Under the pieces are notes generated by a model. That model saw only the letters and a program-made list of their open reading frames with translations, was not told the origin of the DNA and made no database searches. DNA of 64,000 nucleotides, from the IMG/VR virus record IMGVR_UViG_3300049491_000955, positions 1 to 64,000 of that record. One strand, written 5' to 3'. The position numbers and the translations under genes are program-made. The DNA is from a virus. Of the stretch, positions 19,860 to 29,330 are shown piece after piece (position 1 is the stretch's first letter; each line of letters begins with the position of its first letter).

Positions 19860-20242
19860 CTTTGTCACAGTTCTTTTTCAGGTGTCACAGTACTTTTCTT
19901 TTTAAACCTGATTGCCTGTACTTCTTACACAGTAAGTAGTTGAGCGTTAAACATATTGGAAATGTTTGAAGAAGCTTCCGTTCTGTTGACTTAACTTTGA
20001 GCTTTTTAATCAGCTTCTAATCACTTTTTATTTATTTTTCTCTCTACCATCTCTTGTGCATTTTGTCTAGCTTTTTCAAGGAATTAGCGAGTGTCACAGT
20101 GCTTTCCTATAACTTTTATGATTCCAAACGGGCTGGGATGTATGTATAGCAAGGGAGGAACAGTACTTTGGAAAATAAAGTTTGGGTTCTGTCACACTAG
20201 TCCCGTATATAGAATTAACTGCTATACGGGATTACTGTGACA
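19860..20242. repeat. TGTCACA motif cluster plus 53-bp imperfect palindrome; putative replication origin A
   Basis: TGTCACAG at ~19863, ~19883 and ~20092; TGTCACACTAGTCCCGTATA-13 nt-TATACGGGATTACTGTGACA at 20190-20242, inside a ~950-bp non-coding gap. Confidence 0.5.
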
Positions 20243-20460
20243 CCTACAGTTTATTACAGGAATGCGACATTGCTTGGATTTATACCAGGAAGGCGTTTCA
20301 GGCTTTAACTTTTTTACTGGTTATTTGCTTGATGGACACCGAGAAATACTGTCTAGTCACTGAAAACTCACTGAAAGCGACTGAAGTGTACTAGTTTTCT
20401 GTACTAGCGTATTACATCCATCTTTCGTAAAATACTACAAAAACTTTTAAATGTCTTTCC

Positions 20461-20489
20461 TTGACTTTTCATTTATTCTCGGTTACTAT
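20461..20489 (+). promoter_or_regulatory. Sigma70-type promoter
   Basis: TTGACT-17 nt-TACTAT followed by a GAGG RBS. Confidence 0.65.
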
Positions 20490-20511
20490 AAAAACAAGGC
20501 AAAGAGGTTAG

Positions 20512-20847
20512 ATGATGTACAAAGAGGACAACGAGAGAAATGAAGGTTATTTACCAGGGAACAAGCGAGTTACGGTGCAATTACCTCCCCAATTAATAGA
20601 TGTAGCTAAAAGCTACGCGGGAAACTCTTTAAGCTCTGTTGCAGCAGTGCAAAAAGTTTTAGATGATTTGGCGCAAGCTCGTTTAATACCTGCTGAAGAC
20701 TCTAGGGAATCAATTTCACTAGATGTTACAACTCAACGTGAAATTTCAAAAGCTTGTGACAGACATCCTTCTCAATGGCGACGTGCAGCTTACGAAGCTA
20801 TTTGGAAGATAATCGACGCTTCTCAAGTCAAACAAAAATTAAATTAA
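20512..20847 (+). CDS. Hypothetical protein, RHH-like N-terminus
   Basis: KRVTVQLP..L strand-helix pattern. Confidence 0.6.
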   Translation: MMYKEDNERNEGYLPGNKRVTVQLPPQLIDVAKSYAGNSLSSVAAVQKVLDDLAQARLIPAEDSRESISLDVTTQREISKACDRHPSQWRRAAYEAIWKIIDASQVKQKLN

Positions 20848-20860
20848 TAAAGGCTGACAA

Positions 20861-21517
20861 ATGTATACTTTCAATCGTTCACACAATCAAAATCCTAATT
20901 ACGGAAAAAATGGTTTTATTTACCCAGGACAGCTTGTTTTGAAACAGCAGTTTTCTGGATCTTTACTAGATAAAAGCGGAAACCGTTATTTAACTGGTTT
21001 TAATCTTTACATAAAAGTTGAAACAGTTGAGAATTGTACAGGAATTGCTGTTAAACCATTTAAAGAAATGGAACCAATTAGTTTGTTAACTTTAGTTTTC
21101 AGTAAACATGAGAACCAATTTTCGGAAAAAGTTATTGTTGTTCCTGACGATTTAGGGTTTGTTGTTGCTTTAAATACTTGTCGTATGTTTGAAGAACTAT
21201 TAACAAAAAGTTCTCAGACCAAACAAGACCTATCTCTTGTGTATGATTACATGGAGCTAAATACTATAGATATCAAAGAGGTTCTTTGTCAAACAGCTAA
21301 AGAGAAAAGAGTCTTTCAAACAAAACTTGCCAAGATAAAACAGCACAGGAAAGGCTGCGAGAGTGAAACAGAACCAGGTGTTTCAATTAGTTCATTGTTG
21401 AGTTCAAAAGGATTCAAAAAAGATTTTAATTCTAATGCAAAAACAAAGGAATCAAATAAAGAGACTAGCGGAACAGTTTCTCTGTCGCAAAGAATAAACC
21501 CTGACTACGATTTTTAA
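20861..21517 (+). CDS. Hypothetical protein, possibly ssDNA-binding
   Basis: Beta-rich N-terminus, disordered tail ending PDYDF. Confidence 0.6.
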   Translation: MYTFNRSHNQNPNYGKNGFIYPGQLVLKQQFSGSLLDKSGNRYLTGFNLYIKVETVENCTGIAVKPFKEMEPISLLTLVFSKHENQFSEKVIVVPDDLGFVVALNTCRMFEELLTKSSQTKQDLSLVYDYMELNTIDIKEVLCQTAKEKRVFQTKLAKIKQHRKGCESETEPGVSISSLLSSKGFKKDFNSNAKTKESNKETSGTVSLSQRINPDYDF

Positions 21518-21622
21518 CGTTACAATTGCGGCAACACCCTAATGTTATGAGATCAAATCCCAGAAGTACTATTACTTTTGGGATTTTTCTTGTAAACTGT
21601 TTAGGACTTATTCAGAGCGACT

Positions 21623-22237
21623 ATGTTACTAAACGATTTACAGATTGCAGACTTCGCAGAGAAGAAGGGAATGATTACCCCTTACTATCCCAGTTTGGTA
21701 TCAGAGGTGGAAGTGCGATCGCACCCAGATATTCCTCCAGCCATCCGAAAAGTTATCAGCTATGGACAGGGGAGCTTTGGATATGACTTGCGGTTGTCTT
21801 CGTCAGAATTTAAAATATTCCGGCATATCCCAGGGCAGATTGTAAATCCTAAAGAATTTAATCCGGAGATGCTGATGAATGTGGCTCTCTACTCTGATAG
21901 ATGGGGAGACTTTTTTATTTTACCAAGCCATACTTATGGACTGGGACTGGCTATAGAAAAGTTTGATATTCCAAGAAATATTACCTGTATTTTTCTAACA
22001 AAAAGTACATATGCAAGGGCTGGTATAATCTGGAATATTACGCCAGGAGAGGCTGGGTGGCGGGGACATCTGACATTAGAAGTATCCAACAGCAGTCATT
22101 CTGACGTGAGGATATACGCTAACGAGGGAGTAGTGCAGACGTTATTTTTAAAAGGGGAGCCTTGCGCTGTTAGCTATGACGATCGCAAGGGTAAGTATCA
22201 AGATCAACCGAGTGAGATTGTAACTTCTCGAGTATGA
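21623..22237 (+). CDS. dcd: dCTP deaminase
   Basis: ISYG..SFGYDLRL, KSTYARAGI..N.TP.EAGWRG.LTLE.SN, YANEG..Q..F, SY.DRKGKYQDQ. Confidence 0.95.
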   Translation: MLLNDLQIADFAEKKGMITPYYPSLVSEVEVRSHPDIPPAIRKVISYGQGSFGYDLRLSSSEFKIFRHIPGQIVNPKEFNPEMLMNVALYSDRWGDFFILPSHTYGLGLAIEKFDIPRNITCIFLTKSTYARAGIIWNITPGEAGWRGHLTLEVSNSSHSDVRIYANEGVVQTLFLKGEPCAVSYDDRKGKYQDQPSEIVTSRV

Positions 22238-22542
22238 ATTTAAAATCTCTTTGGGATAACTATTGGAAATTTTGTGATTATATTTGGGGATGGGAAGAAG
22301 AAATGGAAACTACTGAGCAAGAATCAAATAACAATGTTGAGCATCCTTCTCATTATAATCAAGGCGACATCGAGTGCATTGATGCGATTAAAGCAGCGTT
22401 AACGCCCGAAGAATTCGAGGGATTTATCAAAGGAACTGTTATTAAGTATATGTGGCGGGCTAAACATAAAGGACAGATGGAAGACATGAAGAAAGGATGG
22501 TTTTATCTAAACTGGATGTTGAGCTTTTCGGAAAAGAAATAA
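22234..22542 (+). CDS. DUF3310 (SaV-like) protein
   Basis: VEHPSHYNQGDIECIDAI...GFIKG.VIKY.WR..HKG..EDMKK..FYL. Confidence 0.88.
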   Translation: MNLKSLWDNYWKFCDYIWGWEEEMETTEQESNNNVEHPSHYNQGDIECIDAIKAALTPEEFEGFIKGTVIKYMWRAKHKGQMEDMKKGWFYLNWMLSFSEKK

Positions 22543-22592
22543 AACCATCTTCGATATGTTAAAATGATAGACAGAGACAATTAGGGTAGACA

Positions 22593-23321
22593 ATGGATAA
22601 GTTATTCCAAGTTAATGTATTAGCTCAGACGCCAAATCCTCAACAAACAATTTACGCTGCTTTGCATCAAGACTATAACTCAAATTATGTTTGGGATGAA
22701 TGGCAGAAAGAAGGTTTCCCATCTGAAGAGAAGTGCGGAGAGATTGCAGTAAAAAGATTGCTTGAGGGCGATGCCGGACACTGGGGAGCTATAGAACATC
22801 CACAAATAATCTTTAGCACTGGTTATTTTCCTCACTCTGCTATGCAGCAGTTACGTACACACAGGAATATCTCCTTCGATGTTCAATCTTTTCGTTACAC
22901 TTCTGATAAAGTAATAGCTGTTGCTGAAGATAAACTTGACGTAGAGAAAGTGTTTTATTTGCGACCTGTTGGCGACTATACAGACAGACAAGGAGCTAAA
23001 TATCACTATTCTAGTCAATGGCGAGAAAATGATTTACTCGCTAGGCGGATGGCAGCAAAGGAATACAAATACAATATAAGCCAAGGGATGAGCGAAGAAC
23101 ATGCTAGAGGTGGCTTGTCTTTCGATTATCGCCAGCATTTTGTCGTCAGTTGTAATGCTCGTGCTTTTCTTCACTTGGCTGACTTAAGAGCCAAAAAGAA
23201 TGCTCAATTAGAATGTCAACAATTTATTGAGCTATGTTGGCCACATTTTGAGAAATGGTGTCCAGCGATCGCAGACTACTACAAAAAACATCGTTACGGC
23301 AAAGCGAGGTTGGCTCCTTGA
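22593..23321 (+). CDS. thyX: Flavin-dependent thymidylate synthase
   Basis: GHWGAIEH, QQLRTHR..SFDVQSFRY, EHARG, NARA..H..DLR....AQLE. Confidence 0.95.
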   Translation: MDKLFQVNVLAQTPNPQQTIYAALHQDYNSNYVWDEWQKEGFPSEEKCGEIAVKRLLEGDAGHWGAIEHPQIIFSTGYFPHSAMQQLRTHRNISFDVQSFRYTSDKVIAVAEDKLDVEKVFYLRPVGDYTDRQGAKYHYSSQWRENDLLARRMAAKEYKYNISQGMSEEHARGGLSFDYRQHFVVSCNARAFLHLADLRAKKNAQLECQQFIELCWPHFEKWCPAIADYYKKHRYGKARLAP

Positions 23322-23326
23322 TCAAT

Positions 23327-23608
23327 ATGCAAATTTCTTCTGACTTCTCTCAACTTCTGTCTCAACTTCTTTTAGCTTTAAGCGTTTTTCTTTTAGCTCT
23401 TTTAGCTCACAATATGCGTAGTAGAATTAAAGCTTTAGAAATAGAGCAGAAGAAGCTCAAGAAAAGAGTTTCTAACTTGATTCTTGCTACTACTGAAGAA
23501 GCTTTAAACTCGTTTAGTGACATTGAAAAAGATTTTGATGACTGGGTAGAATTGCTAAGTCCTCCAAATCAATCTAAAGATTCGGCAAAGTCTAGTAAAG
23601 AAAGCTAG
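23327..23608 (+). CDS. Small membrane-anchored coiled-coil protein
   Basis: One TM segment followed by a coiled coil. Confidence 0.55.
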   Translation: MQISSDFSQLLSQLLLALSVFLLALLAHNMRSRIKALEIEQKKLKKRVSNLILATTEEALNSFSDIEKDFDDWVELLSPPNQSKDSAKSSKES

Positions 23609-23742
23609 TTTTGAAGCTTTTGATACTATCAATAAAATTTAAACTTGAGTAGTCTTAAGGTAATTTATTTTATACTTTAGTGACTACTCAAATTATTGTT
23701 TTGTGGGCAATCTGGTTAGGTTGTCTTATTCTGTTTGTATTT

Positions 23743-23925
23743 TTACTTTTCGTTTAAATCTTCTTCGTCTTCTGCCTCTGCTAGTAGAGCAAATTCTTCA
23801 ATAGGAGGATTTTCTTTAAACATTTCTAATGCATTATCTTGGGTAGTTTGATCGACTTTGGCAAATTGCAGAAGTTCTCCAACCGGTTCTAATGCCTCTG
23901 AGTCTGGTTTGAAGGTTTTATTCAT
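23743..23925 (-). CDS. Small acidic hypothetical protein
   Basis: MNKTFKPDSE...EAEDEEDLNEK. Confidence 0.5.
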   Translation of the reverse strand: MNKTFKPDSEALEPVGELLQFAKVDQTTQDNALEMFKENPPIEEFALLAEAEDEEDLNEK

Positions 23926-24057
23926 AATGCCAGTGTATAGCGAAAAAGTAAAAACCAAAACTATGATAAACGATCGAGTCTTGGCGATCATCAAATCTTC
24001 CTAGGTAGCGATCACGGAAAAGAATAGTAATGCCATCCCATTTAAACTTTTTTCTTT

Positions 24058-24423
24058 TCATTCTTTTTTTACTGTTACAGGTCTAGTGACTTTTGCGTTT
24101 ACAAAATCATCAATTACTTTGACTAATATTTTTTGATCAAATTCAAACCATTCGTTTCTTACTTTCCATCTTTCGTATTTCTTTTTTAGTTGAGCTTCAA
24201 ACTTTGTTATGTCTTTGCTGTAAACGAAAGTTACTATTTCTATTTCGTAGGCATTCTGACCGCTATTTAGTTGAGCTTGTCGAAGTCTTGGATGTTTTCT
24301 TGTAATTCCAATTTTAAATCTTTTTGTTCCCTTGGCTTGCATAAAGTATACATAACCTTCTTTGGAAAGAATAGTTTTTTTCTTTTTCACTTCCATACTA
24401 TTTAGTCTCTGTTTATTTATCAT
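24058..24423 (-). CDS. GIY-YIG / T5orf172 domain protein
   Basis: GYVYFM..G..RFKIGIT...R..QL.SG...E...R.EWF. Confidence 0.85.
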   Translation of the reverse strand: MINKQRLNSMEVKKKKTILSKEGYVYFMQAKGTKRFKIGITRKHPRLRQAQLNSGQNAYEIEIVTFVYSKDITKFEAQLKKKYERWKVRNEWFEFDQKILVKVIDDFVNAKVTRPVTVKKE

Positions 24424-24462
24424 TCAGAGATATAATGAGAGTATAGTTACTAGCATGTATTT

Positions 24463-25035
24463 ATGTTAACAAGTGGGCATTTATTTTGTGGTGGAGGTGG
24501 GGATACGGAAGGTGCGTTGATAGCAGGATATAAACCATTATGGGGGATAGAAAAGGATAAGTATGCAGCTAGCGTTTACAGGTATAGATTTGCAAGAGAA
24601 AATACAAGAATTATTGAAGAAGATATCAGTAAGTTGTCAGAAAAATTTATTCAATCTTTGCCAGTACCAGACATCATTATTGGGGGAAGTCCTTGCCAAA
24701 ACTTTAGCTTGGGAGGGCGTAGAGAAGGACTTAAGGGCAGTCAGTCAAGCCTTTTCTTTGAGTATCTCAGATTCTTACGTATCATCCAGCCCAAAATGTT
24801 TCTTTTTGAAAACGTTAGCCATCTCATCACTATCAATGATGGCAGCGACTTCAAGCAGATCATCGAATCGTTTGCTTCCGTGGGGTATGTGGGGAATTGG
24901 CAACTTAGAGACGCCGTTAGGCATGTTCCCCAAAACAGAGAAAGATTGTTTTGTGTGGGTATTCACAGCAAATATACAAATTACGGAAATGAAATGTTCC
25001 AAGCGATCGCTGGAAAAAGTGTTAGTGACGAGTGA
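24463..25035 (+). CDS. DNA cytosine-5 methyltransferase, catalytic polypeptide (motifs I-VIII)
   Basis: LFCGGGG, GGSPCQ.FS..G.R.G, FENV, PQNRERLF. Confidence 0.9.
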   Translation: MLTSGHLFCGGGGDTEGALIAGYKPLWGIEKDKYAASVYRYRFARENTRIIEEDISKLSEKFIQSLPVPDIIIGGSPCQNFSLGGRREGLKGSQSSLFFEYLRFLRIIQPKMFLFENVSHLITINDGSDFKQIIESFASVGYVGNWQLRDAVRHVPQNRERLFCVGIHSKYTNYGNEMFQAIAGKSVSDE

Positions 25036-25411
25036 CAAAGTATTGAAAGCTGGAGTCGTTCGCATACATGGAAAGAATGATGTGAGAACTTACTTCTTCA
25101 ATGCTCCAACACTGCGAACACTTTCAAATACTGGAGGGCATCAAGCAGGAAGCGGGGCGACAAAAATTAGGGAGTATTTTTCAGAGACTGAGTACAAAGA
25201 CAGACCGATGTTGCCTGTTGAATGCGAAGGAATGATGGGTTGGAAAATAAATTCTACAGCAAAGGGCTTGACAGAATGCGGTAAAGAGACAGATATTAGT
25301 AACACTCAAAGACATAAAATGCTAGGAAATGGAATAGTTCCTCAGGAGGTAACAGAAATTCTTTTGAGTTTAAAACCAATTTTAGAAACTTTGCGGTGGT
25401 TCGATGACTAA
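24563..25411 (+). CDS. DNA cytosine-5 methyltransferase, second polypeptide (TRD and motifs IX-X) in an overlapping frame
   Basis: PTL...R.MLPVECEGMMGW...SNTQRHKMLGNGIVPQ. Confidence 0.8.
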   Translation: MQLAFTGIDLQEKIQELLKKISVSCQKNLFNLCQYQTSLLGEVLAKTLAWEGVEKDLRAVSQAFSLSISDSYVSSSPKCFFLKTLAISSLSMMAATSSRSSNRLLPWGMWGIGNLETPLGMFPKTEKDCFVWVFTANIQITEMKCSKRSLEKVLVTSDKVLKAGVVRIHGKNDVRTYFFNAPTLRTLSNTGGHQAGSGATKIREYFSETEYKDRPMLPVECEGMMGWKINSTAKGLTECGKETDISNTQRHKMLGNGIVPQEVTEILLSLKPILETLRWFDD

Positions 25412-25550
25412 CAAAAAGTGGGCAGTAAAGCGGATTACAATTAATCTAGCAGCAGTTGAATCAAAACTTCTTGAAGATTATTGTGTTAAAACAGGTAGAC
25501 CTGCATCAGATGTGATACGAGAATTGATTAGAGATTTACCAAAACTTTAA
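25404..25550 (+). CDS. CopG/RHH transcriptional regulator (48 aa, absent from the ORF track)
   Basis: MTNKKWAVKRITINL...LEDYC.KTGRPASDVIRELIR.L, a typical cyanobacterial CopG pattern. Confidence 0.8.
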   Translation: MTNKKWAVKRITINLAAVESKLLEDYCVKTGRPASDVIRELIRDLPKL

Positions 25551-25556
25551 GAGAGC

Positions 25557-25579
25557 AAAGCCGCTAAATGGCGGCTTTT
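25557..25579. terminator. Bidirectional terminator
   Basis: aaAGCCGCtaaatgGCGGCTttt. Confidence 0.7.
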
Positions 25580-25838
25580 ATTTTGGAAGTAAATAGTTCA
25601 TGTTGCATCCTAAAGCTTCGGCGATCGCTTCAATCTCGCTATACTTTATGGAATTGCGTCGTGTTTTGTCATACCAAAGAATTTCAATACTTCTTAATAC
25701 TGCGGCACTTACATTAAGTTTTTTTGCTAAATCTTCCCTAGAAATTCCTGCTTGTTCTCTGGCAACAAAAACATGCAATCCAATCTTCTCTTCTTCGGTT
25801 AGATTTTCGTAAGCATTGGGATTAAATAAAGGTGTCAT
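25578..25838 (-). CDS. XRE-family HTH regulator
   Basis: IG....AREQAGISREDLAKKL.VS...IE...IAEALG. Confidence 0.85.
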   Translation of the reverse strand: MTPLFNPNAYENLTEEEKIGLHVFVAREQAGISREDLAKKLNVSAAVLRSIEILWYDKTRRNSIKYSEIEAIAEALGCNMNYLLPK

Positions 25839-25979
25839 TCTTCTTTAATTTCATTTTTACGATTTTCGCATTATTTTAGAGTTTTCGCAATATATTACGT
25901 TGAGCGCAAAACAAATAATTCAAATTAAGACTTAAAAACATCGACATGTTAACGTGTGAATGTATTAAGTGTTTGTGCT

Positions 25980-27155
25980 ATGTCTAAGCTTTTGTCCTCC
26001 AGCCAAAAAGACAATGATCAGCTAAGTTTTTTAACTCGTTTTTTGCCAGCAAATGAATTACTGGTGAATAAAGAGAAGAGAGAAGTTAGTTTTTCTTTTT
26101 CGTCTAGACGCCCTGTTGAACGGTGGATGTGGTCAGATGAATTGCCAGAAGGAGCGAGCAGTATCTTTGACGAAATTCTTTCTCATGACTCTAAATCTTG
26201 GGATGTAGAAAGAGTCAAAAACGGTGTCTGTCCTTTTCTCAAAAACCACAATCGGAATGACAAATTAGGACAGGTAAAAACTGTCTCTTTTGATGGGGAG
26301 AAAGGGGTCGCAACCGTGAAGCTTCGTCAGACTAAAGAGGCTGACCAACTTCTATTGGACATAGAGGATGGAATTGCTGGTGGAATTAGCTTTGGATATA
26401 TAGCGAAAGAATACAAGGTATTGTCTCCAGCGGAATACCAAGAAGATAAATACGGTTATCCTATTTTAAAGAAGAAAGCCGTTCTAGAAGCGATGCAAAT
26501 CACCTTGCTAGAAGTATCTGCTGAGGAAATTCCCGCAGATCCTAGCGTAGGATTTGGCAAAGTAGAAAACTCAAAAGTACTTCTAAGATCAATTGAGCTT
26601 AACGGTGATCCAAATTTTATTGTAAAAGGGAACGAGATAAAGGTGAATGAACTAGAAAAAGCTTTAGCTGATTTGGCGCACTCTAATCAAAAAATTGATA
26701 GTTTAACTATTGAACATACTCGCGCAACTAATCAGGTAAATGAATTGACTCGCCAGCTCGGAGAGAAAGATGCAAAACTTTCTGAGCAAGCTGCACAGCT
26801 AGCAACTTATCAAAAAAGAGATTTGATAACAACTAAGTATTATAGTTTGCGCTCTAAGGCAGAAGAGTTAAATTCTTCCGCCAAGCTGTCTAAGGCTGAA
26901 TTCGATGAATTGTTTACGGAGTCTCCATCCGCAGACATAGAGATTCACTTGAAGTCTGAAGAAGACAAGCTGGGATACATTTCGTTTCACTTAGGATTGC
27001 TTGAAAAAAGAACTCCTTTATTAAATACTCAAGCTTCTTTGGCAAAAGAGCCAATAAAAACAGAGAGACAAAACATGCCAGAGAGGGCGACAGAAGATGA
27101 TGACGAGAAAGCACAAAGGCTTTTTAACTTAGCTCGTTCTCAACCCATAAGCTAA
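25980..27155 (+). CDS. Prohead protease with coiled-coil scaffolding extension
   Basis: FSFSS..PVER...EILSH...PFLKNH...LGQV...IEDGI..GISFGY...LLEVS...IPADPSVGFG. Confidence 0.85.
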   Translation: MSKLLSSSQKDNDQLSFLTRFLPANELLVNKEKREVSFSFSSRRPVERWMWSDELPEGASSIFDEILSHDSKSWDVERVKNGVCPFLKNHNRNDKLGQVKTVSFDGEKGVATVKLRQTKEADQLLLDIEDGIAGGISFGYIAKEYKVLSPAEYQEDKYGYPILKKKAVLEAMQITLLEVSAEEIPADPSVGFGKVENSKVLLRSIELNGDPNFIVKGNEIKVNELEKALADLAHSNQKIDSLTIEHTRATNQVNELTRQLGEKDAKLSEQAAQLATYQKRDLITTKYYSLRSKAEELNSSAKLSKAEFDELFTESPSADIEIHLKSEEDKLGYISFHLGLLEKRTPLLNTQASLAKEPIKTERQNMPERATEDDDEKAQRLFNLARSQPIS

Positions 27156-27191
27156 GTAACTAAAAACATTTTTAAGGAGAGTATTTGGAAA

Positions 27192-28130
27192 ATGACAATG
27201 AGACGTGAAGTTTATACTTACGACGATGAATTGATGGGATTTTTCCCAGTAATGGCTCGTCGGACGGCTGAAGCTACTAGATATCTTCAGCTAGATCAAG
27301 CTTTCACTACTTCTAGCGCCGGAGCAATTAGAGGTGTTGTTAAAGTTTTTGCGCCGGGCTTTTTTGCTGGTTCTATTCCCGGATCCACAAGATTTCGTTT
27401 ACTGCCAAGAACTTTTGCAGCGGCTGCTTTAGCTGCTGCCGCAACTAGCTTGACCGTAAAGTTCAACACCGCAGGTATATTTATTCCCGGTGATATACTT
27501 TCAATCATTCCTCCCTCAGGACGAGTAAATATTCAATCTGCCACGACTGGCTGGGCGATCGCAGATACAGTCACAGTTACCATAAACGCAATTCCCGTAG
27601 TTTATACTTTAGTTCCTGCTGACATTGGTGGTTCTCTTGCAGCTACTAACCAACTTGTTGCGGATAAAGTATTAGCTGCTATTAAGAGTAATCCATACGT
27701 TGGGCGACGTGTTGATGGACGAACTGTAGTAGGTGCGGCCGGTTCTGTTGACATTGTTTTTTGGTCACTTGATTTCGCAACAAACTACTCTGTTGCTGCC
27801 GCAGATACAGGCGCAAATGGTACGGCTACTGCGCCTGCTGCAAGCTTCGTTCCCTTAACAACTATTGGAACTATTTCAGCCGTTAACACTACTACTAATG
27901 TTCTGACTATTAGCGCTGCCGCTGTTTCGGTTCCCAATGGTTTTCCAATCGGTGTCGCCACAAGTTTTCCTGCTGATTTGGGGTTACTTTCGCCCGGTCA
28001 ACCGATTGATTTACTATTTCGTGAGTCTCAAAACTATGCAGCGTATACAGAGATCATAGCTTACAGAAATAGACTACCTTACTTTGATGGTGAACTAGCT
28101 TTATTGTTCCCAGAAATTACTTTGGTTTAA
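27192..28130 (+). CDS. Head decoration protein (with inserted beta-rich domain)
   Basis: Lies between protease and major capsid; A/T/G/V-rich; C-terminal RLPYFD..L...FPEI. Confidence 0.65.
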   Translation: MTMRREVYTYDDELMGFFPVMARRTAEATRYLQLDQAFTTSSAGAIRGVVKVFAPGFFAGSIPGSTRFRLLPRTFAAAALAAAATSLTVKFNTAGIFIPGDILSIIPPSGRVNIQSATTGWAIADTVTVTINAIPVVYTLVPADIGGSLAATNQLVADKVLAAIKSNPYVGRRVDGRTVVGAAGSVDIVFWSLDFATNYSVAAADTGANGTATAPAASFVPLTTIGTISAVNTTTNVLTISAAAVSVPNGFPIGVATSFPADLGLLSPGQPIDLLFRESQNYAAYTEIIAYRNRLPYFDGELALLFPEITLV

Positions 28131-28160
28131 TTCAAATTTAATTAGTATCTTTATTGTGCC

Positions 28161-29330
28161 ATGCCTAGTGTAGTTGAACTGATTAATGCAAGTATGCCGA
28201 CTATTAAAAAGTCGGTGGATCTTACACTTTCTTCTTTAAGTAGTACCGGAGAATTGATCGTTGACGGTAATCCGGATCCAGCGTTAAATAGATTTTTCCC
28301 TTTTGTCAATTACGATGACGATGTTTTAGCAATGCTAAAATTTCGGACATACAAACCGACACTAGGTTATGTTGTCGCGACAGATGGCGAAGTTCCTGTT
28401 GATCGGGAAAGAGTAACTATCAGCCAAGAACTCTTTGGTAATTTCAAGCTAGCAAAGTCTAGAATGATTACTGAAGAAGATATGAACGTTGCTAGACGTG
28501 CTGAAATGTTGGCTCTTTCCGGTTCTTTGCAAGCAGCCGAAAAGATTCGGGATACTTTCTTAGCGATTCCCTCTCAGTTAACTCAGGGAGTTTTAAACCT
28601 TCATACTGTTTTGACGATTCAAACAGCATGTGTAGGATTCTGTAATTACCTTGATCCAACGTCAGGTATTACCGCAAACCTTTCTTACACTCAACAAATT
28701 CCTGCTGGTAATTTTGCGCCAACACTAACAGGAAATGCTCGTTGGTCACAATGGACTACTGCTACAGGGATTGATGATATTGTCAATCACATGAATGCTA
28801 TCTACACCAATATAAGGCGATTTCTGCCTTATATTGTAATGTCCAGAACTGAAGCTAATAATTTAAGAAATCAGACTTCCACTAAAGACATTGTTTACAG
28901 AGCAAAAGGAATGATTACTGAGGTCGGTACTCAATCCATCCCAGCAATGACTAATCTAGAGCCTCCAACATTAAGCGAAATTGGAGACGTTATAGGCAAG
29001 CGATTATTAGCAGGTGGCGGACAGCAAGGAACTGTAGAAATCATCGTTACCGATGCTGTTTACTTTGTTCGTGGCGCGGGTATTCTTGGTACTCAAACTC
29101 TTTCTTATGTTCCTCCTGGATATTATTTTTTTGCAAGTGATGCTTATATTGAGCGCGCTATTGTTCCAACTGCATCTAATAACTATGCAGGCGGACTGGT
29201 AACTAGCACAGAAGTACTAAAGAAAGAACCTCCTCAAGAATCAGTAACGGTTGCTGGTAGAGGCTTTCCTTTAGTTCCCGATCCTCGTCTAATAGCTTCT
29301 AGAAACGTTGAGAATACTGCTCTAGTTTAA
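28161..29330 (+). CDS. Major capsid protein (lambda gpE-like)
   Basis: 389 aa; L.RFFP, VVATDGEVP, KLAK...ITEED, LTG.ARWS, C-terminal EPP.E......GFP.V.DP; gene position. Confidence 0.82.
   Translation: MPSVVELINASMPTIKKSVDLTLSSLSSTGELIVDGNPDPALNRFFPFVNYDDDVLAMLKFRTYKPTLGYVVATDGEVPVDRERVTISQELFGNFKLAKSRMITEEDMNVARRAEMLALSGSLQAAEKIRDTFLAIPSQLTQGVLNLHTVLTIQTACVGFCNYLDPTSGITANLSYTQQIPAGNFAPTLTGNARWSQWTTATGIDDIVNHMNAIYTNIRRFLPYIVMSRTEANNLRNQTSTKDIVYRAKGMITEVGTQSIPAMTNLEPPTLSEIGDVIGKRLLAGGGQQGTVEIIVTDAVYFVRGAGILGTQTLSYVPPGYYFFASDAYIERAIVPTASNNYAGGLVTSTEVLKKEPPQESVTVAGRGFPLVPDPRLIASRNVENTALV

Noticed and set aside
20182-20394. 70-aa ORF in region A (and 59111-59341 in region B)
   Set aside because: Non-ATG starts and no RBS; they overlie palindromic DNA motifs better explained as cis sites.
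24058-25411. Complete restriction-modification system
   Set aside because: The divergent gene is a short T5orf172-type domain common in phages; nothing shows it is a cognate restriction enzyme.
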